Virus record (IMG/VR): IMGVR_UViG_3300050821_012719
Coordinates: 1 to 60,935 of that record
Length of the DNA: 60,935 nucleotides
Origin: a virus
Reading direction: 5' to 3' (one strand)
Made by a program: the position numbers and the translations under genes. Below, in pieces: positions 38,005-48,660 of this stretch. How positions within the stretch are numbered: the stretch's first letter is position 1; each line of letters opens with the position of its first letter. A model generated the notes under the pieces. The model was not told the origin of the DNA. It did no database searches and worked only from the letters and a program-made list of their open reading frames with translations.

Positions 38005-41000
38005 ATGGCCAGGACTGCCTTCGCGCTTGGTAGCCCGTCCAGCTCTCCTGGGAGAACGTTCTCCCTTGGGGCAGGACCGGACTTCACCCTTCTGGGGGCT
38101 ACTCCGGCATCATCTACCGAAGTCGATCTTCACTTCTCCAGTCCGGTAGATCCTACCAATCCGCTGTTCTCGCTATCGAGTACATACGTCTTCGTTCCGG
38201 CCCTGACGGTCAGCTCGATCTCCCTGGGAGATCCATACACCATCAGGTTGACCACATCACCGCAGGCTCCAGTCACCACGTATACGGTCACCGTTGGTGC
38301 TCTATACGACGTGTTCTTTCAGACGCTGGACAACAATAGTGCGTTCTTCCTGACGCCCTTCGTTCCAGTACCTCCTCCAGCTCTCATCCCTTGCAATCTG
38401 GAGGGGTGGGGCATCGCCCCCTGGGGAACAGCCCCTTGGGGAGGCGGAACAGCCCCCACTATCGGCGGCCCTCTTCCTACGCATCCACCGTTCAACGTCT
38501 ACTGCTCCGGACCCTGCGGAGAGATGTCGGCGTTCCTCACCCACCCAGAGGTGATTGCTTCTCCATCGGCTGACTTCACCATAGATCCCACCACGGGCGA
38601 TGTTGTCATCACGTCCAACGACGGGACAGAAGCCAGTATCTACATCGGCGATCCCACCACTCCAGACTGGACGTTGGAGTTCGCGATCAACGCTAAGGAG
38701 CTCCCCCTCAACTTCCTGAACGTCGCCAACCAGCACTTCTTCGTTGGCGTCGCAGACCAAGATGCGACGGCAGCAGGTCTCTTCTTCTCGCAGACCGGTG
38801 TGGCCTACGCCGCTACTTTCGATGCATCACTTCAACCCCTGGCCAACAGCCAGACCTTCTTCGCGACGAATGACTACTACGTCATCCGTATCGCGGTCAG
38901 CACAACGACCCATACGGTGTACGTGTTCATCACTGAGCTCACGTACTTCCTGAAGTTCGGGCACCAGCTCCGCTACATCCTCCCTGCCATCCCCTACTCG
39001 GCGACGCCGCAGACGCAGGCTGAAGGCACCAGCATCTTCGCAAAGGGTACTGCGGCATCCCCCACTCAGGTCTTCCTGGACGAGCTGTGCCTTGGCGATG
39101 GTCTCATCATTCCGGCCCTTCCTCCTGTGGCGGAAGCAGGTCCGGACCAAACGATCGATCTCTGCCAGATTGCCAGGCTGGATGGTTCTGGAAGCTTCGA
39201 CCCGCAAGGCGCCAACCTCACCTATCTGTGGAGGTTGATCGATGCTCCGGTGAACAGCATCTACTGCTTCACCGGTAACGATGGGACAACCTTCCCGGAG
39301 TCTCCGCCATCTGGCTTCGCCAATAAGCTCTACTCCACTGGGTTCCAGCCTTCAGGCATCCCCGTGGTGGCAGGGGACGTCCTTCTTGTAGGCGGGGTGC
39401 CGTACACCTGCATGCTCACGGGGCATGACGGTCACGGGTACTACGTGCAGATCGACGGATTCGACTTGCCCGACAGTTTCACCAACGTCGCCTACAAGAT
39501 CCTCAAGCAGAACGGCATCTCTGGCGCTGACACCGTTCGCCCGACCTTCTATCCGGATGTCCCTGGCTTCTTCAAGTTCGACCTCATCGTCTTCGACGGT
39601 TCGCTCTACTCGGAACGTTCGGTCACCGTCGTCAACGTCATCGTCTCGCCGTTGCCTCGAGGCGTCATTCCAGACCTGAGCTTCACGTGGACCTACCTCT
39701 CGGACTTCTGGAAGCTCATTGAAGATCCTGGGCGTATCGAGACTGCGTGGGGCGGGCTGGCGCAGGTGGCAGCGACGGAGCTCTACACGCTCTGGCAAAC
39801 CGAGTACTCGAAGAGTCTGAAGGACATCCAGCGCACGTTCATTCGACGCTGGCTTCACTACGACCTCTTCCTGCGTGAGCCGTTCATCGAGATCACGTCA
39901 AACAGGTTCATCTTCGGGCCGCTCGACTCGAGCCCCATCTTGAACACAGGTATCTCGGTTGCCGGGCAGCACCTCGACCTCTCCGGCACGTACCTGGGCA
40001 TCATCTCTGTTGCGCTCACGGGCGCAAGTCAGACGCCACAGCAGATCGCCGCACAGCTTCAGACTGGTCTCTCGGCGTTCGACGCCAGGTTCGTGGTGAC
40101 AGTTGTGCCTGCGGACAGCACGCACTCCATCATCCGCATCTATGCACCCTTCTCTCTCACCGTGGCTGCGAGCTCGACGTTCTCATCGTTCATCCTCGCC
40201 ACCACCAACGGGATGCTCCAGGGAGCTAGCGGTGTTGTTACCGGTCCACAGACCTACAAGGTGGAGCTCTCTTTGCTCGGCCTGGACATCCAGACCAACG
40301 ACAACCTCGCGGTCCTCGTTCAGCCTCCGACTGGGCTGGCCTACTGGCTCTCGGTTCGCGTCTCGAGCGTCGTCGATTCTCCTACGGACTCGCTACGCTT
40401 CCAGCGCATCCAGACACAAGATCCGATTCCTCCGTTCGCGTCGTCACTCTGGAGCATCCCGAGCAAGGCGCTGTCGACCCAACTCGACTTCTGGGATGGC
40501 CTGGTCGACAACGGGGACCTCGCCGTCTACGAGATCTACGACAACACGGCACAGTCCGCGTCCTACTTCCAGGTGACTGTCGTCACGACGACTGAGGCAC
40601 AGTCGAACACGGTCTTGTTCGATGCGACTCCTATCGCCGACTTCCTCCAGAAGCCGTCGCAGTTCCAGCCGTTCTTCTGGGGTGTGTACCGTCGGCACTA
40701 CATGCCCATCGAGCCGCAGATCGTCGACATCCCGTGGCTCCAGAGAGTCATCAAGAACCCAGACGAGAACGAAGTCCTACACCGCAACCTGGACTTCTTC
40801 ATCGATACGTACCGCGGCTCGTCTTGCATCCGCTTCGACACTCGCATCTGGGGCGTCAGCGAGTCGACTCCCACACCGTTGCCACGTCTGTGGGCGGAGT
40901 ACACGTACCTCGACAATCGCCCCACGATCGAGGCCAACTTCGGCATCCCCGTCAGCTTCACGCTCGACGACCTGTCGCAGCTCCCTTCGACAGTCGACTA

Positions 41001-42336
41001 CCTCTCTGCGGTCCAGGGACTCTGGTACTCGTACATCAACGGCCCCACCCTCTTCGACCTGCGTGTCGGTACGCAGATCTTGCTCGGCCTGCCCTTCGCC
41101 GAGGTGGCCGGCACCATCACGGAGATTCGGACCGACTACTCACCCAACACAGGCCGTATCCTCATCCAGGACGCGAACGACCCCACGATCGTCCGCCAGT
41201 ACATCTTCCCTGTCTCGTTGCCGCTCGAGACCAACCCGGCGACGGGGAAGATCTACGTCGAGGGTGACTCGGTCACGCAGTTCGCACCACTCGTGACGGG
41301 CATCTTGGTGAAGGATTGGGTGAACGACCCGACCTGGTTCCAGGGCTACTTGAGCCAAGGTGTCTTCGAAGAGGTCCAGAAGTTCTTCACGTTCGTCGTC
41401 AAGGTGAACAGCGCCGTCTTCAACCTGCCGGCTCTGCTCTTCGTGAAGAACTTCCTCTACAACATCAAGCCGACATACACGTCCCCTCTCTTCGTCGTCG
41501 AAGAAGATCTGGTCGACACGGTCGAGGTCAGCGATGAGGTGGACGTCATTGGCCATCTCGAGCTCGAGGCGGGCGCCATCTACGCCGTGAAGCAGACGAC
41601 GGGAGCAGATACGGGAGACCCTGGACCTGGCCGCATCGTCGGAGGCATTCCGACACCATGGAGCGGGTACCTCTCCAGTCACTACGTCAACGCTGCGGAC
41701 ACGAACACCGATGCCGACTATCCGACCAACACTTGGCCGGCAGGGTCACCGCCGACCGTCCTCAACGCGGACCCGATCCTCATCTCAGGGGCCGACAAGC
41801 CTCACCTCAGCCCCGCTCAGCTCATCTCGGCGTTCTGTTCGTCGGTCTATGCGGGCGGGACCCCTACTCCGGATGATGTGATCTTCCGTACCGGCTTCCC
41901 GGCCTATACCGGAGCCCAGTACGCACTGGGAGGCAAGGGCGTCTGCGACATCCCCTTGGCGGGTGTCTTCGTGGGTGCGGCTGCGGTGGTCTCGACACCG
42001 GACACGTTGAACTGCTGTGAGATCTTCATCGAGGGCATCTACGACCCGACTCAGGGAACGAGCTACCAGCTCGGCATCTACAAGAACGGCACCCTGAATC
42101 AGACACTCTCGTTCTCGTACGCATCGACTACGAGATCGACGTTGCTCTTCACTTCGTACCTCTCGACCTTCACGCCCATCACGGTCACGACCAGCGACCA
42201 GCTCACCATCAAGCTCATCGCGGTGGGCGGGAACAACCGGCGCGTGTTCTGGAACAACTTCTTCGTTACACTGGGTGACGGCGTGGCGCTTGGTGCGCTG
42301 CCCGCTGGGACGTACACCCGACTGGCCTGTCTGTGA
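38005..42336 (+). CDS. Large baseplate/tail protein with Ig/PKD domains (1443 aa)
   Basis: PVAEAGPDQ...LDGSGSFDP.G..LTYLW PKD motif; GWG..PWG..PWG. Confidence 0.75.
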   Translation: MARTAFALGSPSSSPGRTFSLGAGPDFTLLGATPASSTEVDLHFSSPVDPTNPLFSLSSTYVFVPALTVSSISLGDPYTIRLTTSPQAPVTTYTVTVGALYDVFFQTLDNNSAFFLTPFVPVPPPALIPCNLEGWGIAPWGTAPWGGGTAPTIGGPLPTHPPFNVYCSGPCGEMSAFLTHPEVIASPSADFTIDPTTGDVVITSNDGTEASIYIGDPTTPDWTLEFAINAKELPLNFLNVANQHFFVGVADQDATAAGLFFSQTGVAYAATFDASLQPLANSQTFFATNDYYVIRIAVSTTTHTVYVFITELTYFLKFGHQLRYILPAIPYSATPQTQAEGTSIFAKGTAASPTQVFLDELCLGDGLIIPALPPVAEAGPDQTIDLCQIARLDGSGSFDPQGANLTYLWRLIDAPVNSIYCFTGNDGTTFPESPPSGFANKLYSTGFQPSGIPVVAGDVLLVGGVPYTCMLTGHDGHGYYVQIDGFDLPDSFTNVAYKILKQNGISGADTVRPTFYPDVPGFFKFDLIVFDGSLYSERSVTVVNVIVSPLPRGVIPDLSFTWTYLSDFWKLIEDPGRIETAWGGLAQVAATELYTLWQTEYSKSLKDIQRTFIRRWLHYDLFLREPFIEITSNRFIFGPLDSSPILNTGISVAGQHLDLSGTYLGIISVALTGASQTPQQIAAQLQTGLSAFDARFVVTVVPADSTHSIIRIYAPFSLTVAASSTFSSFILATTNGMLQGASGVVTGPQTYKVELSLLGLDIQTNDNLAVLVQPPTGLAYWLSVRVSSVVDSPTDSLRFQRIQTQDPIPPFASSLWSIPSKALSTQLDFWDGLVDNGDLAVYEIYDNTAQSASYFQVTVVTTTEAQSNTVLFDATPIADFLQKPSQFQPFFWGVYRRHYMPIEPQIVDIPWLQRVIKNPDENEVLHRNLDFFIDTYRGSSCIRFDTRIWGVSESTPTPLPRLWAEYTYLDNRPTIEANFGIPVSFTLDDLSQLPSTVDYLSAVQGLWYSYINGPTLFDLRVGTQILLGLPFAEVAGTITEIRTDYSPNTGRILIQDANDPTIVRQYIFPVSLPLETNPATGKIYVEGDSVTQFAPLVTGILVKDWVNDPTWFQGYLSQGVFEEVQKFFTFVVKVNSAVFNLPALLFVKNFLYNIKPTYTSPLFVVEEDLVDTVEVSDEVDVIGHLELEAGAIYAVKQTTGADTGDPGPGRIVGGIPTPWSGYLSSHYVNAADTNTDADYPTNTWPAGSPPTVLNADPILISGADKPHLSPAQLISAFCSSVYAGGTPTPDDVIFRTGFPAYTGAQYALGGKGVCDIPLAGVFVGAAAVVSTPDTLNCCEIFIEGIYDPTQGTSYQLGIYKNGTLNQTLSFSYASTTRSTLLFTSYLSTFTPITVTTSDQLTIKLIAVGGNNRRVFWNNFFVTLGDGVALGALPAGTYTRLACL

Positions 42337-42342
42337 GTGCTG

Positions 42343-42855
42343 ATGGACCTTCAAGACACCCTGCTCAAACTCGGCAAGGAGTTCAAGCTCCATGGACACA
42401 CCGTGTTCCAGGGGCTGCCGATCGCTGTAGAGAACCGCAAGGGGTCAGTACGTTCCGGTGTCGACAGGGGCGGCAAGCCCTGGCGCACCGTGATGAAGAT
42501 GCCCTACGGCTACATCAAGGGCAGCAAGGGTGCAGACGGAGAGGCGGTGGATGTCTTCGTGGGTCCGCATGAGGATGCGACGCACGCCTTCGTGGTGCAC
42601 CAGCATAAGCCGGACGGTACCGGCTACGACGAAGACAAGGTGATGCTGGGTCTTCGCAACCTGAAGGAGGCCATCAAGAGCTACCTTCAGCACTACAACA
42701 GCAAGAAGTTCTTGGGACCGGTCAAGGCCGTTCCGATGGAGCGGTTGAAGGAGCTTCTCGCGTCGGGGAAGAAGCTCATCAAGATCTCCAGCACAGATGA
42801 AACCATGTGGGCTGGGTTCATCGACGAGCTCACGGCAATTGAAGCAAGAGGATGA
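42343..42855 (+). CDS. InPase (inorganic pyrophosphatase-like) domain protein of the type found in phage polyvalent proteins
   Basis: GLPIAVENRKGSVRSG...W...M..PYGYI....GADGEAVDVFVG...VVHQ...YDEDKVMLG. Confidence 0.8.
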   Translation: MDLQDTLLKLGKEFKLHGHTVFQGLPIAVENRKGSVRSGVDRGGKPWRTVMKMPYGYIKGSKGADGEAVDVFVGPHEDATHAFVVHQHKPDGTGYDEDKVMLGLRNLKEAIKSYLQHYNSKKFLGPVKAVPMERLKELLASGKKLIKISSTDETMWAGFIDELTAIEARG

Positions 42856-42856
42856 C

Positions 42857-43510
42857 ATGGGTTTCTCGGACCGCATCGAAGTGAAGAGCAACCTGCGTCT
42901 CACCCTCCGTGAGCGTGGGAAGATCCGCGCCCGCCGCCAGGGGCACAACATCTGGGTCAACCTCGGACGGGAGTGGCTGGCGACCCTCATCGACTACACC
43001 GCGTTGCCCTCGCCTCCGACGGTCTTGCCTGTCACTACGGAGGAAGATCGCCGCGTTCGGTACATGGGCCTGGGCATCGGAGGCAACCGTCAGCTCAATC
43101 TGGCGATCGCCAACAGTGCTCCGATGAGCACCCACTATCCCGGGACGAACGCTCAGACGGACACAGACCCGACGGTGACACTACTCGAGCGCCCGGTCCG
43201 TCTCTCGAGCGTGGGCTCTCCCGTACCTCCCCCCTACTCGGCGACGGACGTCTGGCTTGGTCAGGTGGTGGCGCCGGCGGTGCACAACACGGCGACCTCG
43301 ACGACCTTCACTCGGCTCTTCACCACCGGGGAGATCAGCTACGGCCCCTTCCTCTCCGTGCCGCTGTCGGAGATCGGTCTCTTCCTGCACAACAACAGCC
43401 CGACCTACATCAACCTGCCGAACAATACGTTCATCGCGTACGATACGTTCGACACCTTGCTGAAGACGAGCGCGTTCGCCCTTGAGGTAGACTGGACCAT
43501 TCGGTTCTAG
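42857..43510 (+). CDS. Tail/baseplate protein (tail-collar-like)
   Basis: HNIWVN.GR; MGLG.G; LSEIGLF; K......V.W.IRF. Confidence 0.7.
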   Translation: MGFSDRIEVKSNLRLTLRERGKIRARRQGHNIWVNLGREWLATLIDYTALPSPPTVLPVTTEEDRRVRYMGLGIGGNRQLNLAIANSAPMSTHYPGTNAQTDTDPTVTLLERPVRLSSVGSPVPPPYSATDVWLGQVVAPAVHNTATSTTFTRLFTTGEISYGPFLSVPLSEIGLFLHNNSPTYINLPNNTFIAYDTFDTLLKTSAFALEVDWTIRF

Positions 43511-43519
43511 GAGCATGCG

Positions 43520-46500
43520 ATGACGATCTTCCACCGCAACAGCGCCAACCCGGTCGGCTACGACCCTTTCCCGTCCGGGTACGACTTCATCAACAGCCCG
43601 GCCTCGAACTCGCCGCCTGGGCTGGGAAGTCCTGCGCCCTTCGACGGTAAGAAGAGCGGCGGCCCGAATGACGGCACCTACCTCTTCGCGTTCGGAGAGG
43701 ATGTCACGAGCTTCGATCTCAATAGAGGGCCGAACGCACTCGCGGACAACTGCGACACGCTCGACAACTACCTGCGTCGACCCATCGCTCTGCCGACCAG
43801 GACGACCGACGTCACTCCAGGCAGCCCCGTCACGACGATCACGCTACCTGGACCCCCCAGCCCTCCGACGGTGCTGGCGGCCTACCTCGGCACTACGGGC
43901 CAGGACAGCTTCCCCGAGACGCTGCTCACACTCTTCGATGTCCTGGACTCGCACGATGATGAGATCATCAACCCCGGCACCGGCATCCGGACCGTCGTCA
44001 CATCCATCACGAGCACCAGCGGCGGTGACCATGTCGGGAGCGGGTTCGCGGTCGGTACCATCACCCTTCACTTGAACCAGGCCATTCCGACCGGGCAGAC
44101 GTACCGCGTCTACTACGGCGAGAAGGGCAACCTGGCCACGATGGGGCCGGACGCTCTGACCATCATCAAGGTGCGTGGTGCGATGGAGGTCCCGGCTCCG
44201 GTCGAAGACATCTTCGCGCAGATCACCAATCCCGGCACCGTACCGGAAGTCGTGACCGCACTCGTGGCCACGCACTTCGCCACGCCATCCAACGGCCGGC
44301 TCCTGCCATCTCCTGTGATGTTCTTCGATCTCGACCCGAACGATTCGGGGGCGACGATCCGTAGCTTCTTCTGGACCACTCGCATCAACACGGGCAGTAG
44401 TGCCATCCCTCTGTCTCTCGACGACGACCCAACCGGCACGCTCTTCCCGACACTGACTGGGCGAGCTCAGATCGGCGGTGGGATGGTCTGGGATGCGGTC
44501 AGCACGTTCTACATGTCCGACACCAACGTGCGTGGTGGGACCATCCCGGATCTGATCCCGGTCGTTCCTCTCTCGTCACCCAACGCGACCGACGGCGACT
44601 TCGCTCTGCGCGTCTTCGAGTCGCTCCCCGTCTTCGGCATTCCGAGTCTGGGGCCGTCCCTCATCAAGATGTCCAACGCTCGCTTCGCCTGCACGGTCGG
44701 TGATGGGACGAACTCGTTCGGTGACTTCAACGGAACGAACGCGCTCGAGAACGCTCTCGCGTATCTCAGCACGCAGAGCATCTCGAACGCGTACATCCAG
44801 GTCAAGAAGGGCGTGTACACTCTCACGAGCTCGCACAACCTGTTCATGGGCGGTCTTGTGATCGAGGGGGCCGGCTCGAACCTGGTGACCATCAACCTGA
44901 ACATCGGCAGTGGCGCGGCAGGGATTCTCTTCAATCCAGTCATCACCGCCGTCCCTGTTCTGCTGCGTGTGAGTGGGGTGACGTTCAACTATTCCGCAAA
45001 CGCTAGCCATGGGGCCATCGAGACGGTGCAGTACGTGTCGCTCTACATGCGGGACGTGGGTTTCGTAAACACGACGGTCTTGATGACCAACCCCACGATC
45101 TTCGGCAATGTTGCATCTTTCATCGCCGACCGGTGCGCCTTCATCCAGACCACTGGCCCCCGTATCAGCGTGGACTTCCAGATGGGTCTTTCGACGGGTG
45201 CGATAAACCCCGAAGGCTTCTTCTTCAACGGCTGCTGCTTCAACCAAGCCAACGAGACGCAGCCCGTTCGATTCCATGGAATCGCTGCAACGAGTGGGCT
45301 CACCGTCAAGAGGGTCTTCTTCGAGAAGTGCCGGTACGTGTTGGGTGGGACGGCGACTACGAGCAGTGCCATCACGCACAACACGGGGGTGTTGGAGATC
45401 GATCCGAACGGCTTCAACAACACTGTGTCTTTCACCGACATCAACTTCATCGACTGCTCGGTGCAATCCGTCACGACGCTTGCCAACGGACCAGTGGCTC
45501 GCATCTACGGTCTCTCGCTGGGCTCTGGAGGTCTAGCGCACAAGTGGCTCATCAACTCCGTCACCATCCGTGGTGGTGCCTGGTCGGCCATCAACTCCTC
45601 GACCACGGGGACGTTCATCTCTCCGGTCCTGATCGCCGCTCAGTTCATCACCATCGAGGATGTGACCTTCTTGGGCAACCTCGTCAACGGCGGTGGTCCA
45701 CAGCCGGACGACCAGTTCATCGTGGATGATACCGTCTACGGCATTCACGACTGGGCCCAGTTCATCTTCGCGCCGGGCTCATTCCTGGTGCAACAGCAGA
45801 CCCTCGAAGGTGATGCGATCTGCCTCACCGCCCGAAACGTGGCCTTCCGGTTCCTGCCTCAGAGTGGGGACTCGGGAGATGTCTGGTTCTTCTTGGGCAA
45901 CACGACCAACATCAGCAACACCGCTGAGGTGGATGGAGTCACTCTCTGTGACTTCACGATGACCGGCAACGGCAGTCGTCCCAATGCCCGTATGAAGGTC
46001 ACCGTCGCCGAGACCCAGGGCGCTATCAGAGATGTCTCGATCTACGGTGCCAACGCCACCAACAGCAACCCCTGGACCACTGGGGTGTCAGGCTCGTCAG
46101 GGTTCTTCGTCATCGCCCCCACCACAGGACAATCCTCTCAGAAGGTCCTCTTCGACAGCATCACCATCGATGGTATCTTCGTACAGGTCGGCGTCACACC
46201 GGATGACGGCATCTGCATCTTCACGCCGAGTTCTGGCTCCTGCACGTTCTACTACACCCTGCTGAACTGCCGCGTCCGTGGGATGAACCGTGGTGTGATC
46301 AACATCCACAACGGGAACACGAACCCGCTCGATAACTTCGAGATCATCGGTGGGGACTTCAACTTCAACAAGGGGCCTGGCATCGACCTCGAGCCGGACA
46401 TCATGGGGGCGGTTCGCATCCGTGGGGTGAACTGCATCGGGAACGGCCTGAGCGGATCGGCCTATGCCATCCTCGTGAACCCACAGAGCTGGCAGAACTC

Positions 46501-46831
46501 TCATCAGGAGAGTGTGCACATCACGGACAACTATTGCCGTGGTCCTGGCATCTCGATCAGCTCTGTGCAGTGCTTCATTGGTCTTCTCTCGAACAACTCG
46601 GGAGACCACGTCACGGGGTTCTGTCACGGCAACACCTGCGTCGACAACTCGGGGAACGCCGGAGGCATCCACGTTCAGGATGGGGCCTTCAGTGCCCTCC
46701 CCTCTCCGGCCCAGCTCCGCAACCAGGTCTTCATCGAGGGTGTCGAAACGGGTCTCGGCACTTCGCCCAACTTCACGTACACGACCGCATCCCTCATGAT
46801 GAGGAATCTCGCAGCACTCGTGACTCCGTAG
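43520..46831 (+). CDS. Tail spike/fibre with a right-handed beta-helix (pectin-lyase-like) domain
   Basis: TVGDG..S.GDF; AL..A; VKKGVY; IEGAG; repetitive Asn/Gly beta coils. Confidence 0.75.
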   Translation: MTIFHRNSANPVGYDPFPSGYDFINSPASNSPPGLGSPAPFDGKKSGGPNDGTYLFAFGEDVTSFDLNRGPNALADNCDTLDNYLRRPIALPTRTTDVTPGSPVTTITLPGPPSPPTVLAAYLGTTGQDSFPETLLTLFDVLDSHDDEIINPGTGIRTVVTSITSTSGGDHVGSGFAVGTITLHLNQAIPTGQTYRVYYGEKGNLATMGPDALTIIKVRGAMEVPAPVEDIFAQITNPGTVPEVVTALVATHFATPSNGRLLPSPVMFFDLDPNDSGATIRSFFWTTRINTGSSAIPLSLDDDPTGTLFPTLTGRAQIGGGMVWDAVSTFYMSDTNVRGGTIPDLIPVVPLSSPNATDGDFALRVFESLPVFGIPSLGPSLIKMSNARFACTVGDGTNSFGDFNGTNALENALAYLSTQSISNAYIQVKKGVYTLTSSHNLFMGGLVIEGAGSNLVTINLNIGSGAAGILFNPVITAVPVLLRVSGVTFNYSANASHGAIETVQYVSLYMRDVGFVNTTVLMTNPTIFGNVASFIADRCAFIQTTGPRISVDFQMGLSTGAINPEGFFFNGCCFNQANETQPVRFHGIAATSGLTVKRVFFEKCRYVLGGTATTSSAITHNTGVLEIDPNGFNNTVSFTDINFIDCSVQSVTTLANGPVARIYGLSLGSGGLAHKWLINSVTIRGGAWSAINSSTTGTFISPVLIAAQFITIEDVTFLGNLVNGGGPQPDDQFIVDDTVYGIHDWAQFIFAPGSFLVQQQTLEGDAICLTARNVAFRFLPQSGDSGDVWFFLGNTTNISNTAEVDGVTLCDFTMTGNGSRPNARMKVTVAETQGAIRDVSIYGANATNSNPWTTGVSGSSGFFVIAPTTGQSSQKVLFDSITIDGIFVQVGVTPDDGICIFTPSSGSCTFYYTLLNCRVRGMNRGVINIHNGNTNPLDNFEIIGGDFNFNKGPGIDLEPDIMGAVRIRGVNCIGNGLSGSAYAILVNPQSWQNSHQESVHITDNYCRGPGISISSVQCFIGLLSNNSGDHVTGFCHGNTCVDNSGNAGGIHVQDGAFSALPSPAQLRNQVFIEGVETGLGTSPNFTYTTASLMMRNLAALVTP

Positions 46832-46840
46832 GAGGCCATC

Positions 46841-47281
46841 ATGTCACTCGATCAGATCATGGAGATCTTCAAGCTCGCCACGGGGCATCAGTGGCTGCCG
46901 CTCGCCATCCTGGTCGTCGGCTACTTGGTGAATCTGACGAGCGACACGGGCAAGTTCCCGCTGAACATCCCGGACCGCTTCAAGCCGCTCATCGCGCTCG
47001 TACTGGGCCAGGTGTACGCGGTCCTCGAGGCTGTCTACGGCGGCTCTCCGTGGGGTACGGCTGTCGGGCACGGCCTCATCGCAACGCTCGCCGCCACCGG
47101 CTTCGCGCACATCCTGCTGAACGCCGTGTTCAACGGGACGCTACCGAAGTGGCTGGCTTGGCTCAACTTCGTCGACCCGACCCTGGTCCAGGCGAAGAAG
47201 ATGGGCAGGCTGGTTGCACCGCTCTGGGGCAAGAAGAGCGTCGTTGCGGCGAACGACGTGGTACCTCCCAAGGCCGCGTGA
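46841..47281 (+). CDS. Holin-like membrane protein
   Basis: GGAGG RBS; about 3 TM segments; follows the tail spike. Confidence 0.55.
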   Translation: MSLDQIMEIFKLATGHQWLPLAILVVGYLVNLTSDTGKFPLNIPDRFKPLIALVLGQVYAVLEAVYGGSPWGTAVGHGLIATLAATGFAHILLNAVFNGTLPKWLAWLNFVDPTLVQAKKMGRLVAPLWGKKSVVAANDVVPPKAA

Positions 47282-47985
47282 AACTCGCCGATGCCATAGA
47301 GGCGGACAGCATCGCTGGTCAGTACAGCGGGCCTACGCTCAATCCTGCCGGGCTTCCAGCTCCTTCCATCGCGCGTACGACGAAGGACTGGAAGCCCGCG
47401 GGTCAGGGGCCCCCGAAGATCGAGGTGAAGACGGCTGTCCTCAGCGTCGACTCCAACGGTCACAAGACATCAGAGCTCTCTCTCCAGAGTAAGATGGAGG
47501 GGGATGCTGTCGCGTTTCGATTGAAGGGTCCGAAGGGGGTCGTGGCTTCTGCGGTACTTGCTCCTCGAGACAAGGAGGAGGGCTTCACGGTCGAGAAGCT
47601 CGAGGTTCCGTCGGAGCATCGTGGGCAGGGTCATGCGCGCACGATGTTGAAGGAGCTCAAGCAGTGGACTGCTGAGCCCCTCTTCATCCGACCGCGCCCG
47701 TACGGAGACATGCCTGCGGACATCGAAGCGCTGAAGAAGCTCTACTCGAGTGAGGGGTTCGAGGTGATCGACGGGAAGGACACCATGAAGCTCAAGACCG
47801 CCGCATGGAATCCGAGGGAGATCCCCCCGCAAGAGAAGAACAGACAGGCTCCTGCGGGACCTGCTTTGACGAGCAAGAAGATGCTGCTCGCCTCACTCAT
47901 GGCTTCCAAGCTTCTGGGAGGGAACCCAAAGCTGGCGGCTGTGGCCCTCGAGGGATTCCGCGACGAGCTCACGAAGCTTCGCTGA
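47278..47985 (+). CDS. GNAT-domain protein
   Basis: LEVPSEHRGQGHA...L...Y...GF. Confidence 0.7.
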   Translation: MKLADAIEADSIAGQYSGPTLNPAGLPAPSIARTTKDWKPAGQGPPKIEVKTAVLSVDSNGHKTSELSLQSKMEGDAVAFRLKGPKGVVASAVLAPRDKEEGFTVEKLEVPSEHRGQGHARTMLKELKQWTAEPLFIRPRPYGDMPADIEALKKLYSSEGFEVIDGKDTMKLKTAAWNPREIPPQEKNRQAPAGPALTSKKMLLASLMASKLLGGNPKLAAVALEGFRDELTKLR

Positions 47986-48035
47986 CGCTTGGCTTCTGAC
48001 TACCTCGTCGAGTACTATTGCTGCAAGGAGCGCCC

Positions 48036-48656
48036 ATGATCGTCACTCTGCACTTGAAGCAGTTCTACAACTGGGACCCCGTTCCGGATACGGTCGTGGT
48101 CACCAAGGACGACGTTGCCTCCGGCAAGGTGATGCCTGGGCGCGATGGCGGATTCCGGATGAAGGTCGTGAAGAAGATGCCTACGCATCGCACGATCACA
48201 GTCGCGGAGTCCTCCATCATCGCAGCCATCATCGTGGAGAAGGCCGATCCGCGAAGGGCTGGCCGAACCTTCACGCGCAACGAGGCCGTTGCCCAAGTCC
48301 TTCAGGAGATGCAGTACACTTCGGACCAGCATGGCGAGTGGGACTGGATCACCGACATCGAAGTCCACGACGACGGTCCGAGCGAGGAGCTCGTTCGAGA
48401 TGTCCTCAAGACGCACTCGAATGCTCCGCATGGTCGACGCCTCGGTCGCATGAATGTCCCGCCGGAGCATGTGGAAGATCACGTCAAGAAGTACCTCGGC
48501 GATTGGACGCCCATGCCGACTGCCTCTCACGCCGACCCGGAGAAGCCGACCGCGGAAGAGCTCCTGAACCACGCCGAGCTCTCGAAGCCGGTTCGCGTCG
48601 CCAACAACCAGAAGGTGGTCGACCACCTCAAGGCTCACTTCGGAGTGCGGAGGTAA
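48036..48656 (+). CDS. Hypothetical protein
   Basis: AAGGAG RBS. Confidence 0.7.
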   Translation: MIVTLHLKQFYNWDPVPDTVVVTKDDVASGKVMPGRDGGFRMKVVKKMPTHRTITVAESSIIAAIIVEKADPRRAGRTFTRNEAVAQVLQEMQYTSDQHGEWDWITDIEVHDDGPSEELVRDVLKTHSNAPHGRRLGRMNVPPEHVEDHVKKYLGDWTPMPTASHADPEKPTAEELLNHAELSKPVRVANNQKVVDHLKAHFGVRR

Positions 48657-48660
48657 TCCC

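Noticed and set aside
29158-46831. Bacterial contractile injection system (eCIS/tailocin) instead of a phage
   Set aside because: The flanks are phage-type small-gene arrays, homing endonucleases and DNA-metabolism genes, with no bacterial housekeeping context.
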